Assembly (NCBI GenBank): GCA_027858835.1
Contig: JAQIBY010000102.1
Location: 65,918-129,917 of the forward strand
Direction: 5' to 3'
DNA length: 64,000 nt
Source of the DNA: Bacteroidales bacterium
GTDB lineage: Bacteria; Bacteroidota; Bacteroidia; Bacteroidales; ML635J-15
Notes under the pieces: generated by a model
Database searches by the model: none
Seen by the model: the letters and a program-made list of their open reading frames with translations, nothing else
Told to the model about the DNA's origin: nothing
Translations under genes and position numbers: made by a program
Part shown: piece by piece, positions 39,575-48,154 of the stretch
How the letters are laid out: every line of letters begins with the position of its first letter
How positions within the stretch are numbered: position 1 is the first letter of the stretch

Positions 39575-40204
39575 TTAAAACATGTCTATCTCAAAATTTG
39601 CACGACTCTGATAAGTTCTATTTCCAGAGCGACACGCTTCATTATAGCGACTGATAATATTCAAAAATGATTCGCGTGAAATAATCTCTTTAAGCACTGT
39701 TTTACTCAAATCAGAATGTCGTTTGAGAAAACTCTGCACTTCCATAATATTTTGAATTTCCTCATTAAAAAAATTATGCTGAATGATGAAGAGAGGCTCA
39801 TCATCAAGTTTAATCACCCAATTTGACTTTCGCGTTCCCTGTGTTTTACATGCACATGATCGGAACGGATAAATAACATCATAAATTTCAATGCAGCCAA
39901 ATGTTAATAACTTTCCGTAACAATAGGTATTATATCCGGCCACCTCATCATCAAACCAAATGGATTTGAAATGCGTTTCGCTTGTAATCACCTCGGGGAA
40001 AAACTCGGGATTAATCATTTGTTTTCGACCTTGCTCATCACGAAATTTAATAAAATCTGAGAAAGTTCGTTTCCCGGCTTTAATTTCACCTTTTAAGGTA
40101 TCTCCTTCAATATCCACAACGATTGCCGGCACCCAGCCTGCAGAAAATCCCTGAAAGCAGAAAAAGACAAAAACGGCACTCAATATCCATGGACGGATTT
40201 TCAT
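39575..40204 (-). CDS. hypothetical secreted protein
   Basis: Signal peptide (ILSAVFVFFCFQGFSAG), 209 aa, several Cys residues. The start abuts the ribH stop. No family recognised. Confidence 0.45.
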   Translation of the reverse strand: MKIRPWILSAVFVFFCFQGFSAGWVPAIVVDIEGDTLKGEIKAGKRTFSDFIKFRDEQGRKQMINPEFFPEVITSETHFKSIWFDDEVAGYNTYCYGKLLTFGCIEIYDVIYPFRSCACKTQGTRKSNWVIKLDDEPLFIIQHNFFNEEIQNIMEVQSFLKRHSDLSKTVLKEIISRESFLNIISRYNEACRSGNRTYQSRANFEIDMF

Positions 40205-40693
40205 TTATAAACTTTGTTTTAACTGTATCATTTTCAATGCAGCAGCAGCAGCTTCATCGCCTTTATTTCCGTGCTTTCCACCGGCTCTATCCAATGCTTG
40301 CTGTTGATCATTCGTGGTTAAAACGCCAAAAACGAAGGGAATATTATATTTTATATTCAAATCAGCAATGCCTTGCGTCACACCTTGCGCAATGAAATCA
40401 AAGTGACGAGTTTCACCTTGGATAATGCATCCGAAGCAAATAATCGCATCAAACCGACCGGTTTCAGCCATTATTTTTGCCCCGTGAATCAACTCAAAAC
40501 TACCAGGCACATCTTGCGAAACAATGTGCTCAGGATTAACTCCATTTTCTTGCAATAATTTTACCGCTGCATCACGCAAAGCATGTGTTACTTCGGGATT
40601 CCATTCCGCGGTTAAAACACCAAAATTCCATTTTTTTGCGTTTGGATAATTATCCAGATGATTATCTGACAGATTTCGATTTTGAGTGGACAT
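40205..40693 (-). CDS. ribH: 6,7-dimethyl-8-ribityllumazine synthase
   Basis: Lumazine synthase pattern (VPGSFELIHGAK ... FDAIICFGCIIQGETRHFDFIAQGV ... PFVFGVLTT). Confidence 0.93.
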   Translation of the reverse strand: MSTQNRNLSDNHLDNYPNAKKWNFGVLTAEWNPEVTHALRDAAVKLLQENGVNPEHIVSQDVPGSFELIHGAKIMAETGRFDAIICFGCIIQGETRHFDFIAQGVTQGIADLNIKYNIPFVFGVLTTNDQQQALDRAGGKHGNKGDEAAAAALKMIQLKQSL

Positions 40694-40758
40694 AACTTCT
40701 TATAATTAAAAAAGCATCCACAAAAACGCGGATGCTTAAGTTATTTAAAATAATCTTT

Positions 40759-41448
40759 CTATTGCATTTTCATTTCAACACGCGCTTGATATTTCTCAAT
40801 ATTACGCTGCTCACGTGTTCCGTAATACTCGGTTTCGATACGATTATAAACATCAAGTGCTTTTTGATATTGTGCATCCATTTCGTAAGTTTCACCGGCT
40901 TTCATCAGAAAAATTGGTGATAAGAAATCATTATCTGCAATTTTTGCAGCTTTTTCATAATTCTTAACGGCAGCTTTCAAATCATCTAACTCAAGGTAAG
41001 CGTCTCCGATAGCACCAATTGCATTTGCCTCTAACATAACATCTTCAGCAGAAAAACGGTCGAGATACTCAATTGCAGCCTCAAATTCGCCCAGATTCAG
41101 ATATGAAATTCCCGCATAATAAAATGCGAGGTTACCGGCAGGTGTGCGTTTATAATTATCAATGACATCTAAAAATCCGTAGTTGACTCCATCGCCTTCG
41201 AGTGCCAATTGAAAAGAATCTTGTTCAAAATAACGTTCTGCAATAAATATCTCCTCAAAAGCAGTTTCCGCTTTTGGTTGAGCAATAAATTTATTAAACC
41301 CAAAATATCCAAAAACAACAATCACAATTGCTAATAAGACATAAGTAATGCGCTTTTGATTTTTCTCAATAAATAATTCTGCTCGCGTTAATGCAGATTC
41401 AACGTTTTCAAAATTTGAATCGTTTTGATTTGTTTTGTTTTTTGCCAT
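40759..41448 (-). CDS. TPR-repeat membrane-anchored protein (YfgM-like)
   Basis: One N-terminal TM helix (ITYVLLAIVIVVFGYFGF) followed by TPR-like repeats. Confidence 0.65.
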   Translation of the reverse strand: MAKNKTNQNDSNFENVESALTRAELFIEKNQKRITYVLLAIVIVVFGYFGFNKFIAQPKAETAFEEIFIAERYFEQDSFQLALEGDGVNYGFLDVIDNYKRTPAGNLAFYYAGISYLNLGEFEAAIEYLDRFSAEDVMLEANAIGAIGDAYLELDDLKAAVKNYEKAAKIADNDFLSPIFLMKAGETYEMDAQYQKALDVYNRIETEYYGTREQRNIEKYQARVEMKMQ

Positions 41449-41748
41449 TTTAAGTGCATTTTTTTATCAGTTGGCAAATGTAATGATTTTATTACAAATT
41501 TCAGAAGCAAATCAAAAAAAATCAGGTTTAACTTAGGTCAACGGCGATTTATGTTATGAATCATCATCATATTTAGTGTTTTTTGTCCTTTTCACAACAG
41601 TTTCAACCGAAGACAACGCCCATTTTTAGCACATACAACACAAAATAATTAAGCAAAATTATGCATTTGTACATTTCCCGATAAAAAGATTTTGTTTTCA
41701 CTCAAAAGAATGTATCTTTACCCATACTGTAAACCAAAACTATTTATT

Positions 41749-42327
41749 ATGAAACATGTAAGTATTCTTGTGTCAATGTTGCTCGTTATGTTCCTCGTTT
41801 CTTGCGGAGGCGGTGAATCAACTGACAATGAAGAAAAAACCAAAACTGAAGACAATGCAGCAAATGTTAGCGAAGCTAGCGAAAGTGCTGAAATTGTAAT
41901 GACAAACATTGATTTTGCTGAACAAAGTATTCCAATCACTATGGATGTACCTGAAGGTGCAGAAGTTTCTGAAGGAATGTTAAACGGTGAATTTGGTGGT
42001 GTTAACTTATTAAACTATGAAGTCACAAAAGACGGTTGGATTTTAGACATATCCATGATGGATGATGAGCCTTACGGAGCTAAAGAAGATTACATCCAAG
42101 ATGCAAAAGATTTTGCAATGGAAACTGAAGGTTTTGTTGAAATCGTTGAAGAAGATGAAAACGGCTTCATTTACAAACTTGAAAATGAAGATGGCGATGA
42201 GTACAATTTGTATTATGTTATTATGAAAGATGACCGTGCAATCGAAATTGAGGAAGGTCTCAAATTTACAAATTATACCCTTGAGGAAATTCAATCAATG
42301 TATGAAGCTGCAAAAACAGTAAAATAA
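41749..42327 (+). CDS. hypothetical acidic lipoprotein
   Basis: Lipoprotein signal (LLVMFLVSCGGG) at the internal ATG 41749. The sequence is very acidic (E/D-rich). Confidence 0.5.
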   Translation: MKHVSILVSMLLVMFLVSCGGGESTDNEEKTKTEDNAANVSEASESAEIVMTNIDFAEQSIPITMDVPEGAEVSEGMLNGEFGGVNLLNYEVTKDGWILDISMMDDEPYGAKEDYIQDAKDFAMETEGFVEIVEEDENGFIYKLENEDGDEYNLYYVIMKDDRAIEIEEGLKFTNYTLEEIQSMYEAAKTVK

Positions 42328-42350
42328 TTCAATATTAATAGTAAAAAAAA

Positions 42351-42383
42351 GCCATCAGCCGGCCGGCTGATGGCTTTTTTTTT
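42351..42383. terminator. strong bidirectional intrinsic terminator
   Basis: Perfect 12-bp palindromic stem GCCATCAGCCGG/CCGGCTGATGGC flanked by A8 (42343-42350) and T9 (42375-42383). Confidence 0.85.
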
Positions 42384-42397
42384 ACTATTATTTTTTT

Positions 42398-42405
42398 TAT
42401 CTTTG
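42398..42405 (+). promoter_or_regulatory. orphan Bacteroidota -7 box (TATCTTTG)
   Basis: Exact TAnnTTTG match in an intergenic region with no downstream protein gene on this strand before a terminator at 42528-42555. Confidence 0.35.
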
Positions 42406-42411
42406 AGGCGT

Positions 42412-42555
42412 AGATTACAGATTCGTCTGTAAATAAAGACAGTGTATTATATTTCTTATAAGTAAAAAGTGTTTTTCAAAAAAATGCTCATAGCACCAAT
42501 TTGGGATATTAAGGGGAATACTTTTAGAGCATCTGATTTTTCAGGTGCTTTTTTT
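42412..42555 (+). ncRNA. candidate ~140-nt small RNA
   Basis: Bounded by the -7 box at 42398-42405 and an intrinsic terminator: AGCATCTGA/TCAGGTGCT at 42528-42549 with one G-U pair, then T6. Only a 34-codon ORF of poor quality lies inside. It contains mutually exclusive ACAG/CTGT/ACAG pairings near its 5' end. The 5' end is inferred, not observed. Confidence 0.3.
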
Positions 42556-42558
42556 ATC

Positions 42559-42593
42559 AAAAAAAACAAGCCCATCCGAACAGGATAGGCTTG
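42559..42593 (-). terminator. intrinsic terminator after glnA
   Basis: Minus-strand hairpin CAAGCC.ATCC-loop-GGAT.GGCTTG (42567-42593) followed by U8 (plus-strand A-run 42559-42566). Confidence 0.65.
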
Positions 42594-42634
42594 CATTCAT
42601 CGAACAAAGCAATATAGTGAAACACACTATATTC

Positions 42635-44146
42635 CTACATGCAGTTCAGGTGTTTTCTCACCAACGCTGCAATTTCATCGTGTTTGCCGTAAAGGCGCTC
42701 ACTTAAATCTTTATCATCATAGGCTTTTAGTTGCTCAATTAAACTGCTGATTAAGCCTAAAGGAAACACACCGTTTTTCTCAAAACTTTCACGACGTTTC
42801 TCCAGCTCAATTGCAGATTCATAGCATGATTCAGGCAATGCTTTCAATTGATCAAGACATTCTTTATGCTCATCATCAAAAATATTAACATTCACGTAAA
42901 GTTTTTCAGCAATTTCCAATGCATTTTCCATTTCTAATCCGTGCTGAGCTGCAATAACAATCCCTGATAAGAAACCATAAATATCAGCAGACCCATCACC
43001 GCTACGCAATTCAAATGTTTGTTTCGACATGAATTTTCGCTCAGTTTCAGCTTGCTGGGGATTTGCATGGCTAACCATATCAACATCACTCAACCAGCCC
43101 AATGGAACGCGAACCAAAACAGAACGATTTCTGTCGCCCCAACAAATATTAGTCGGTGCTTCCTGATGTGGAACCAAACGCAAATATGAAGTTGGAATGG
43201 TATTTCCGAATGCGGTTAATGCGCCGGCTAAATCAAGAATTCCGGCAATGGCACGTTTTGCAATGTCGCTGAGTTTTCCATTATCAACTAGCATATTTTT
43301 GCCATCTTTCTCCATCATCATATGAACATGTAGGCCGCTACCTGCTTTTCCAACCGTAATTTTTGGAGCAAGCGACAAAGAAAGGTCATATTGATGTGAA
43401 AGTTTTCTAAGTATCCATTTCGCAATAACTAATTGGTCAGCAGCCTCTTCTACCGGACATGGCAAAAATTCAATTTCCTGCTGCTCAAAATACATCTCAT
43501 CCTGAGTGAAATTTCCGACCTCAGAATGTCCGTACTTTATTTGTCCACCGCATTGTGCAATTAAATACATTGCTTCACGGCGAAAATCTTCAAATTTTGC
43601 AAAAGGAGCAGAAGCATGATATCCTTTTTGATCTTCAGCAGGATAATCCATATCTTCATAAACTTCTGTCATCACATAATATTCCAATTCGCCGAGTGCC
43701 AAAAAATTCATGTCCGTAGCATCTTTGAAACTTTTGTGTGCTTTTTGCAACAAATATTCCGGAGCAGACTCCAAGGGTTTTCCTTCTGAGTTATAATATG
43801 AACACAAAATATCAATTGTTGGAATACTTTCAAACGGATTTACAAATGCCGTACTGTAACGCGGAACCACATATAAATCACTGGAACCTGCATCCACAAA
43901 AGAAAACAAGCTACTACCATCAACACGTTCTCCAGTTGTTAAAATCGTTTCCAGATGATCGAGACTATTAATCACAAAATTTAAAGTTTTTAATTTCCCG
44001 TCAGCTGCTACATAGCGAAAGTTAATCATTTCAATTTGGTGAGCTTCAATGAACTTCATGATATCATCACGAGTAAACTCGGTCGCCGGCTTTTCCAAAA
44101 ATGAAACCAATGGATTCGGATTCATTGCATACGATGTGTTTCTCAT
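42635..44146 (-). CDS. glnA: glutamine synthetase (about 500-aa type)
   Basis: GS beta-grasp N-domain (FRYVAADGKLKTLNF ... DGSSLF) and catalytic domain motifs (KYGHSEVG, KAGSGLHVHMM, NICWGDRNRSVLVRVP). Confidence 0.85.
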   Translation of the reverse strand: MRNTSYAMNPNPLVSFLEKPATEFTRDDIMKFIEAHQIEMINFRYVAADGKLKTLNFVINSLDHLETILTTGERVDGSSLFSFVDAGSSDLYVVPRYSTAFVNPFESIPTIDILCSYYNSEGKPLESAPEYLLQKAHKSFKDATDMNFLALGELEYYVMTEVYEDMDYPAEDQKGYHASAPFAKFEDFRREAMYLIAQCGGQIKYGHSEVGNFTQDEMYFEQQEIEFLPCPVEEAADQLVIAKWILRKLSHQYDLSLSLAPKITVGKAGSGLHVHMMMEKDGKNMLVDNGKLSDIAKRAIAGILDLAGALTAFGNTIPTSYLRLVPHQEAPTNICWGDRNRSVLVRVPLGWLSDVDMVSHANPQQAETERKFMSKQTFELRSGDGSADIYGFLSGIVIAAQHGLEMENALEIAEKLYVNVNIFDDEHKECLDQLKALPESCYESAIELEKRRESFEKNGVFPLGLISSLIEQLKAYDDKDLSERLYGKHDEIAALVRKHLNCM

Positions 44147-44206
44147 AGTTATTATTATTTTTGTATTTTACTAAACGAAATTAGCTCATAAACATACGCA
44201 TTGTTT

Positions 44207-45010
44207 ATGGCTTTTCAAAACATAAATAAGCTATTATACAACAGGTCTGTGTTTTTTATTGCATCAAAAATATTGCGCGTTTTTTTATCTCCCTTAGTGT
44301 GGATTACTATCCTGCTTATACTCGCTTTATTAAAAAAAGAGTCCATTAAAAAGAAACAATTATTCATTGCTGTTACCGCAATGTTTCTGTTTTTCAGCAA
44401 TCCATTTATTGCTGATGAATTTATGAGACAATGGGAAGTCCCTGCTATCCAACAGGAAAAGATGGAGAAATATGACGTGGGAATTTTACTAACGGGTATG
44501 TGCACATATGACAGCCAGTTTAAACGCACTAATTTTGAAAACAGCAGTGATCGCTTATTGCAATGCATGGATTTGTATCACAAAGGAAAAATTCAGAAGA
44601 TTTTTATTTCCGGTGGATCGGGAAAACTCCGTGAACCAGACTTTCTTGAAGCAAAGCTATTATATGACTTTCTGATACAATCAGGAATTCCCAAGGAAGA
44701 TGTTGCCTACGAAACCAAAAGCAGAAATACCCACGAAAATGCGATTGAATCGGCACGATACTTGCAACCGCAAACATCTGACAGTACGTTTTTATTAATT
44801 ACATCAGCCTATCATATGAGAAGAGCAGCGGCATGTTATAAAAAAGCAGGATTTGAATGCGATTATTACAGCACAGACCGATTTACCGGAGCCCGAAAGT
44901 TTCACATTGAACATCTTATCGTGCCATCTATCTCAGCACTACATCGTTGGGAAATTCTGTTTCGTGAATGGACAGGCATAATCATGTATAAATTAAATGG
45001 ATATATTTAA
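44207..45010 (+). CDS. YdcF/DUF218-family protein
   Basis: N-terminal TM helices and DUF218 core (ISGGSGKL ... LITSAYHMRRA). The track start 44201 is a TTG; the ATG at 44207 is preferred. A TATTTTTG -7 box lies at 44156-44163. Confidence 0.75.
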   Translation: MAFQNINKLLYNRSVFFIASKILRVFLSPLVWITILLILALLKKESIKKKQLFIAVTAMFLFFSNPFIADEFMRQWEVPAIQQEKMEKYDVGILLTGMCTYDSQFKRTNFENSSDRLLQCMDLYHKGKIQKIFISGGSGKLREPDFLEAKLLYDFLIQSGIPKEDVAYETKSRNTHENAIESARYLQPQTSDSTFLLITSAYHMRRAAACYKKAGFECDYYSTDRFTGARKFHIEHLIVPSISALHRWEILFREWTGIIMYKLNGYI

Positions 45011-46208
45011 AATTAATGCAACAAGTTTCCTGATTTTGATAATGATTTCCTGCTCAGCTAAGGATAATCAAAATATTGTATCAGCTCAAGAAAAGCCGCA
45101 CCCGATTATTTGTGGTGCCGAACAGACAGAGGCCTATTTGCACAAATTAGTTGACAAACAAATCGGAGTTGTCGCAAATCACACCTCTCGAATTGGAGAA
45201 ACTCACCTTGTGGATTCATTATTAAGTTTAGACATAAATATCCAAGCAATTTTTGCACCGGAGCACGGATTTCGCGGAACTGCCGATGCCGGAGAAATTA
45301 TTAAGAACGGAAAAGATACAAAAACCGGATTGCCTGTTATTTCAATCTACGGAAATAACAAAAAACCAAAACCCGAACAATTACAAGGCATTGATTTAAT
45401 GATTTTTGACATTCAGGACGTCGGGGCTCGCTTTTACACTTACATTTCAAGCATGCATTATGTCATGGAAGCATGTGCCGAACAAAATATTCCACTTTTA
45501 ATTTTAGACAGACCGAATCCTAACGGAAATATCGTGGATGGACCGATTTTGGATATGGATTACGCTTCTTTTGTCGGGATGCATCCGGTGCCAATTGCCC
45601 ACGGAATGACAATTGCAGAATATGCAAGTATGATAAACGGAGAAAAATGGCTGGCTAATGGGGTTCAATGTGATTTGCAGCTTGTTTTATGCGAGAATTA
45701 TTCTCACGACATGCCATATTCACTGCCGGTTCCACCGTCACCAAACTTACCAAACGATCGCAGCATTGAATTATACCCGTCAATTTGCCTGTTTGAAGCT
45801 ACTGATCTAAGTGTAGGAAGAGGCACCGACATGCAATTTCAGGTAATTGGACATCCGGAGCTTGAAGGTATTTGCGATTTTTCATTTACGCCGGCACCAA
45901 ATCAAGGATCAAAACAACCGAAACATAAAAACATCACCTGTTACGGTTACGATTTACGAACAAACAATGAAGTATTCCCTAAAACAGATGGGAAATTGAA
46001 TTTGAACTATTTATTGAAAATTTATCAAGAATTTCCTAATAAAGACGATTTTTTCATTAGTGCATCTTTTTTTGATAAACTGGCCGGTGGTTCGGAACTT
46101 CGCGAACAATTGATTTCAGGAAAAACAGAAAAGCAAATTCGGGACAGTTGGCAAACAGAATTAGATGCTTTCATAGCAAAACGGGAATCATATTTATTGT
46201 ATAATTAA
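44997..46208 (+). CDS. DUF1343-family protein (exo-beta-N-acetylmuramidase NamZ-like)
   Basis: DUF1343 pattern (IGVVANHTSRIGETHLVDSL ... IFAPEHGFRGTADAGE ... MIFDIQDVGARFYTYIS ... LDRPNPNG). Overlaps the ydcF-like gene by 14 nt. Confidence 0.8.
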   Translation: MDIFKINATSFLILIMISCSAKDNQNIVSAQEKPHPIICGAEQTEAYLHKLVDKQIGVVANHTSRIGETHLVDSLLSLDINIQAIFAPEHGFRGTADAGEIIKNGKDTKTGLPVISIYGNNKKPKPEQLQGIDLMIFDIQDVGARFYTYISSMHYVMEACAEQNIPLLILDRPNPNGNIVDGPILDMDYASFVGMHPVPIAHGMTIAEYASMINGEKWLANGVQCDLQLVLCENYSHDMPYSLPVPPSPNLPNDRSIELYPSICLFEATDLSVGRGTDMQFQVIGHPELEGICDFSFTPAPNQGSKQPKHKNITCYGYDLRTNNEVFPKTDGKLNLNYLLKIYQEFPNKDDFFISASFFDKLAGGSELREQLISGKTEKQIRDSWQTELDAFIAKRESYLLYN

Positions 46209-46210
46209 CA

Positions 46211-46259
46211 ATGGTTTTTGTCACAGTTTTTGAAAATCAAAAACTCCGCCAAAAACCAT
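46211..46259. repeat. nested AT-rich double hairpin directly after the namZ-like stop
   Basis: Outer perfect 10-bp stem ATGGTTTTTG/CAAAAACCAT (46211-46220/46250-46259) encloses a perfect 9-bp stem AGTTTTTGA/TCAAAAACT (46225-46233/46237-46245). Confidence 0.6.
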
Positions 46260-46385
46260 ACTGTCTGCCTTTATGTCCCCGAGTTTCACCCGGGGTTATT
46301 AATATTCGACCCACTTACGGGGTCATAAATTAGCCAGTTAGTCAATTTCCAAGGGATTTTGACATTTACTTTTTCAGGCAATTTA

Positions 46386-46889
46386 TCAATGTTTTTGAAT
46401 TAAAACCACCGCATGTGCTTCGGCTCCTTTCCCCTCCCCTACAAATCCGAGTTTTTCGGTGGTGGTTGCTTTAACAGACACAGCATCTAAGGAAACGGAT
46501 GCATGTTTTGCAATGGTTTCACGGATTTCCTGAACAAAGGGATTGATTTTCGGTGCCTGCAAAGCTACGCTTGAATCAATGTTTTGCAATTCATATCCGG
46601 CATGGCGAATAAGTGCCATACACTTTTCAAGCAAAATCAACGATGAAATATTATGATATTCAGGATCAGTATCCGGGAAGTGTTTTCCGATATCTCCCAA
46701 AGCTGCTGCTCCAAGCAATGCATCACAGATAGCATGCAAAAGCACATCCCCATCGGAATGTGCTTTAAATTTTTTATCGTAAGGAATATTCACTCCTCCG
46801 AGGATTAAACCTGTTCCTGGTTCAAAAGCGTGAACATCGTATCCGTAACCAATTCTCACTTTAGATTTCTTCTTGTGCTCCGAGGTCAA
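46386..46889 (-). CDS. ispF: 2-C-methyl-D-erythritol 2,4-cyclodiphosphate synthase
   Basis: IspF motifs (RIGYGYDVHAF, HSDGDVLLHAICDALLGAAALGDIGKHFPD). The annotated start overlaps the porV 3' end by 29 nt. Confidence 0.95.
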   Translation of the reverse strand: MTSEHKKKSKVRIGYGYDVHAFEPGTGLILGGVNIPYDKKFKAHSDGDVLLHAICDALLGAAALGDIGKHFPDTDPEYHNISSLILLEKCMALIRHAGYELQNIDSSVALQAPKINPFVQEIRETIAKHASVSLDAVSVKATTTEKLGFVGEGKGAEAHAVVLIQKH

Positions 46890-48099
46890 AGGTTAGTGTA
46901 AATCGCAAAGTGTTAGCCAATGGACTGGTACTAAAGCCATTTGTCGGAATCAGATAAGCAAAATCCAAACCAAAAACATTCAATTTTAAACCGGCACCGA
47001 TTGATGCATATTTTCTTGCACCTTTGTATTGGTGTTCCGTAAAATAACCCGCACGTAAAGCGAATTTATTATCGTACCAATATTCTGCACCAAAAGACCA
47101 TGCAATTTCAGCAAATTCTTCAGAAAATACTGATCCACCGACTACTCCAGGAGCATCTGCCCATGAGGAAAAAAGTGCTGCCGCCATAGAAATGTCAGGA
47201 TCATTTCCGGCAACCATAACATTTTCGGTTGTAGTAGCAGTATCTCCATTTGGCAAAATATCACCTTCAATAAAAGTTTCGTATTGCGGTGGACTCGGCA
47301 CCAATAATTTATTCAAATCGGCAGTTACACCAATTTTATTATACTCATCAATTTCGAGTTCATAATATACACCAAGTCTGAAATTTGTTGGGATAAAATC
47401 TTGTTGGGTTCCGTCGGAATACGACATTTTCACACCAATATTACTGATATTTAATCCGGCATTCAGGGTTCCGTCCATTCCGTCAAAACCGAGTTGGTCA
47501 TTGGTGTAGAAAAACGCAACATCGGCAGCAACGGATTGTCCTGCTTTAGTAGGTAATCCACCGACTTCAATTCCACCGGTAAGGTTTGAATGGATATACC
47601 GCATTGCAACTGCACCCGAGAAATCGTCTGAAAGCAAGCGGCTATAACCAAAATCAATAGCAAACTCATTCGGCTGATGATCTCTCAATGCCACATTGTA
47701 CTCGTCTCTGAATGGAATAGATCCCATATCAAAATAGAGCAATGATGCGGAAAATACATTTTGTTCATCAAGACGATAATATCCGGCCACGTATCCGAGA
47801 TTCATATCATTAACAATATTTCTTAACCAAGGGGTGTAAGAAATTGACACACCGATTTCGTCTTCAGCGAAGGCATATTTTGCAGGATTCCAATGTTGTG
47901 AATTTGCATCGGGACTTGTTGCTACACCAGCATCACCCATTGCACCGGATCGTGTATCAGGAGCAATCATTAAAAACGGAACTGCAGTGGTAATTACATT
48001 GTTAACGTCATCACGACCGAGTGGATCATTTTCAAATTGTGCCTGAGTACTCAAAGTCAGACAAAGCAAGATTAAGATTGCAAAAATTCTGTATTTCAT
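46861..48099 (-). CDS. porV: type IX secretion system outer-membrane shuttle protein PorV (LptO)
   Basis: Signal peptide plus the PorV N-terminal pattern (ITTAVPFLMIAPDTRSGAMGDAGVATSPDANSQHWNPAKYAF). Beta-barrel composition, and it sits directly downstream of porU. Confidence 0.85.
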   Translation of the reverse strand: MKYRIFAILILLCLTLSTQAQFENDPLGRDDVNNVITTAVPFLMIAPDTRSGAMGDAGVATSPDANSQHWNPAKYAFAEDEIGVSISYTPWLRNIVNDMNLGYVAGYYRLDEQNVFSASLLYFDMGSIPFRDEYNVALRDHQPNEFAIDFGYSRLLSDDFSGAVAMRYIHSNLTGGIEVGGLPTKAGQSVAADVAFFYTNDQLGFDGMDGTLNAGLNISNIGVKMSYSDGTQQDFIPTNFRLGVYYELEIDEYNKIGVTADLNKLLVPSPPQYETFIEGDILPNGDTATTTENVMVAGNDPDISMAAALFSSWADAPGVVGGSVFSEEFAEIAWSFGAEYWYDNKFALRAGYFTEHQYKGARKYASIGAGLKLNVFGLDFAYLIPTNGFSTSPLANTLRFTLTFDLGAQEEI

Positions 48100-48154
48100 G
48101 TTTTTAGTTTTTTATTTGTCAAAAATACAAGCATTAAACGAATATACAACAAAT

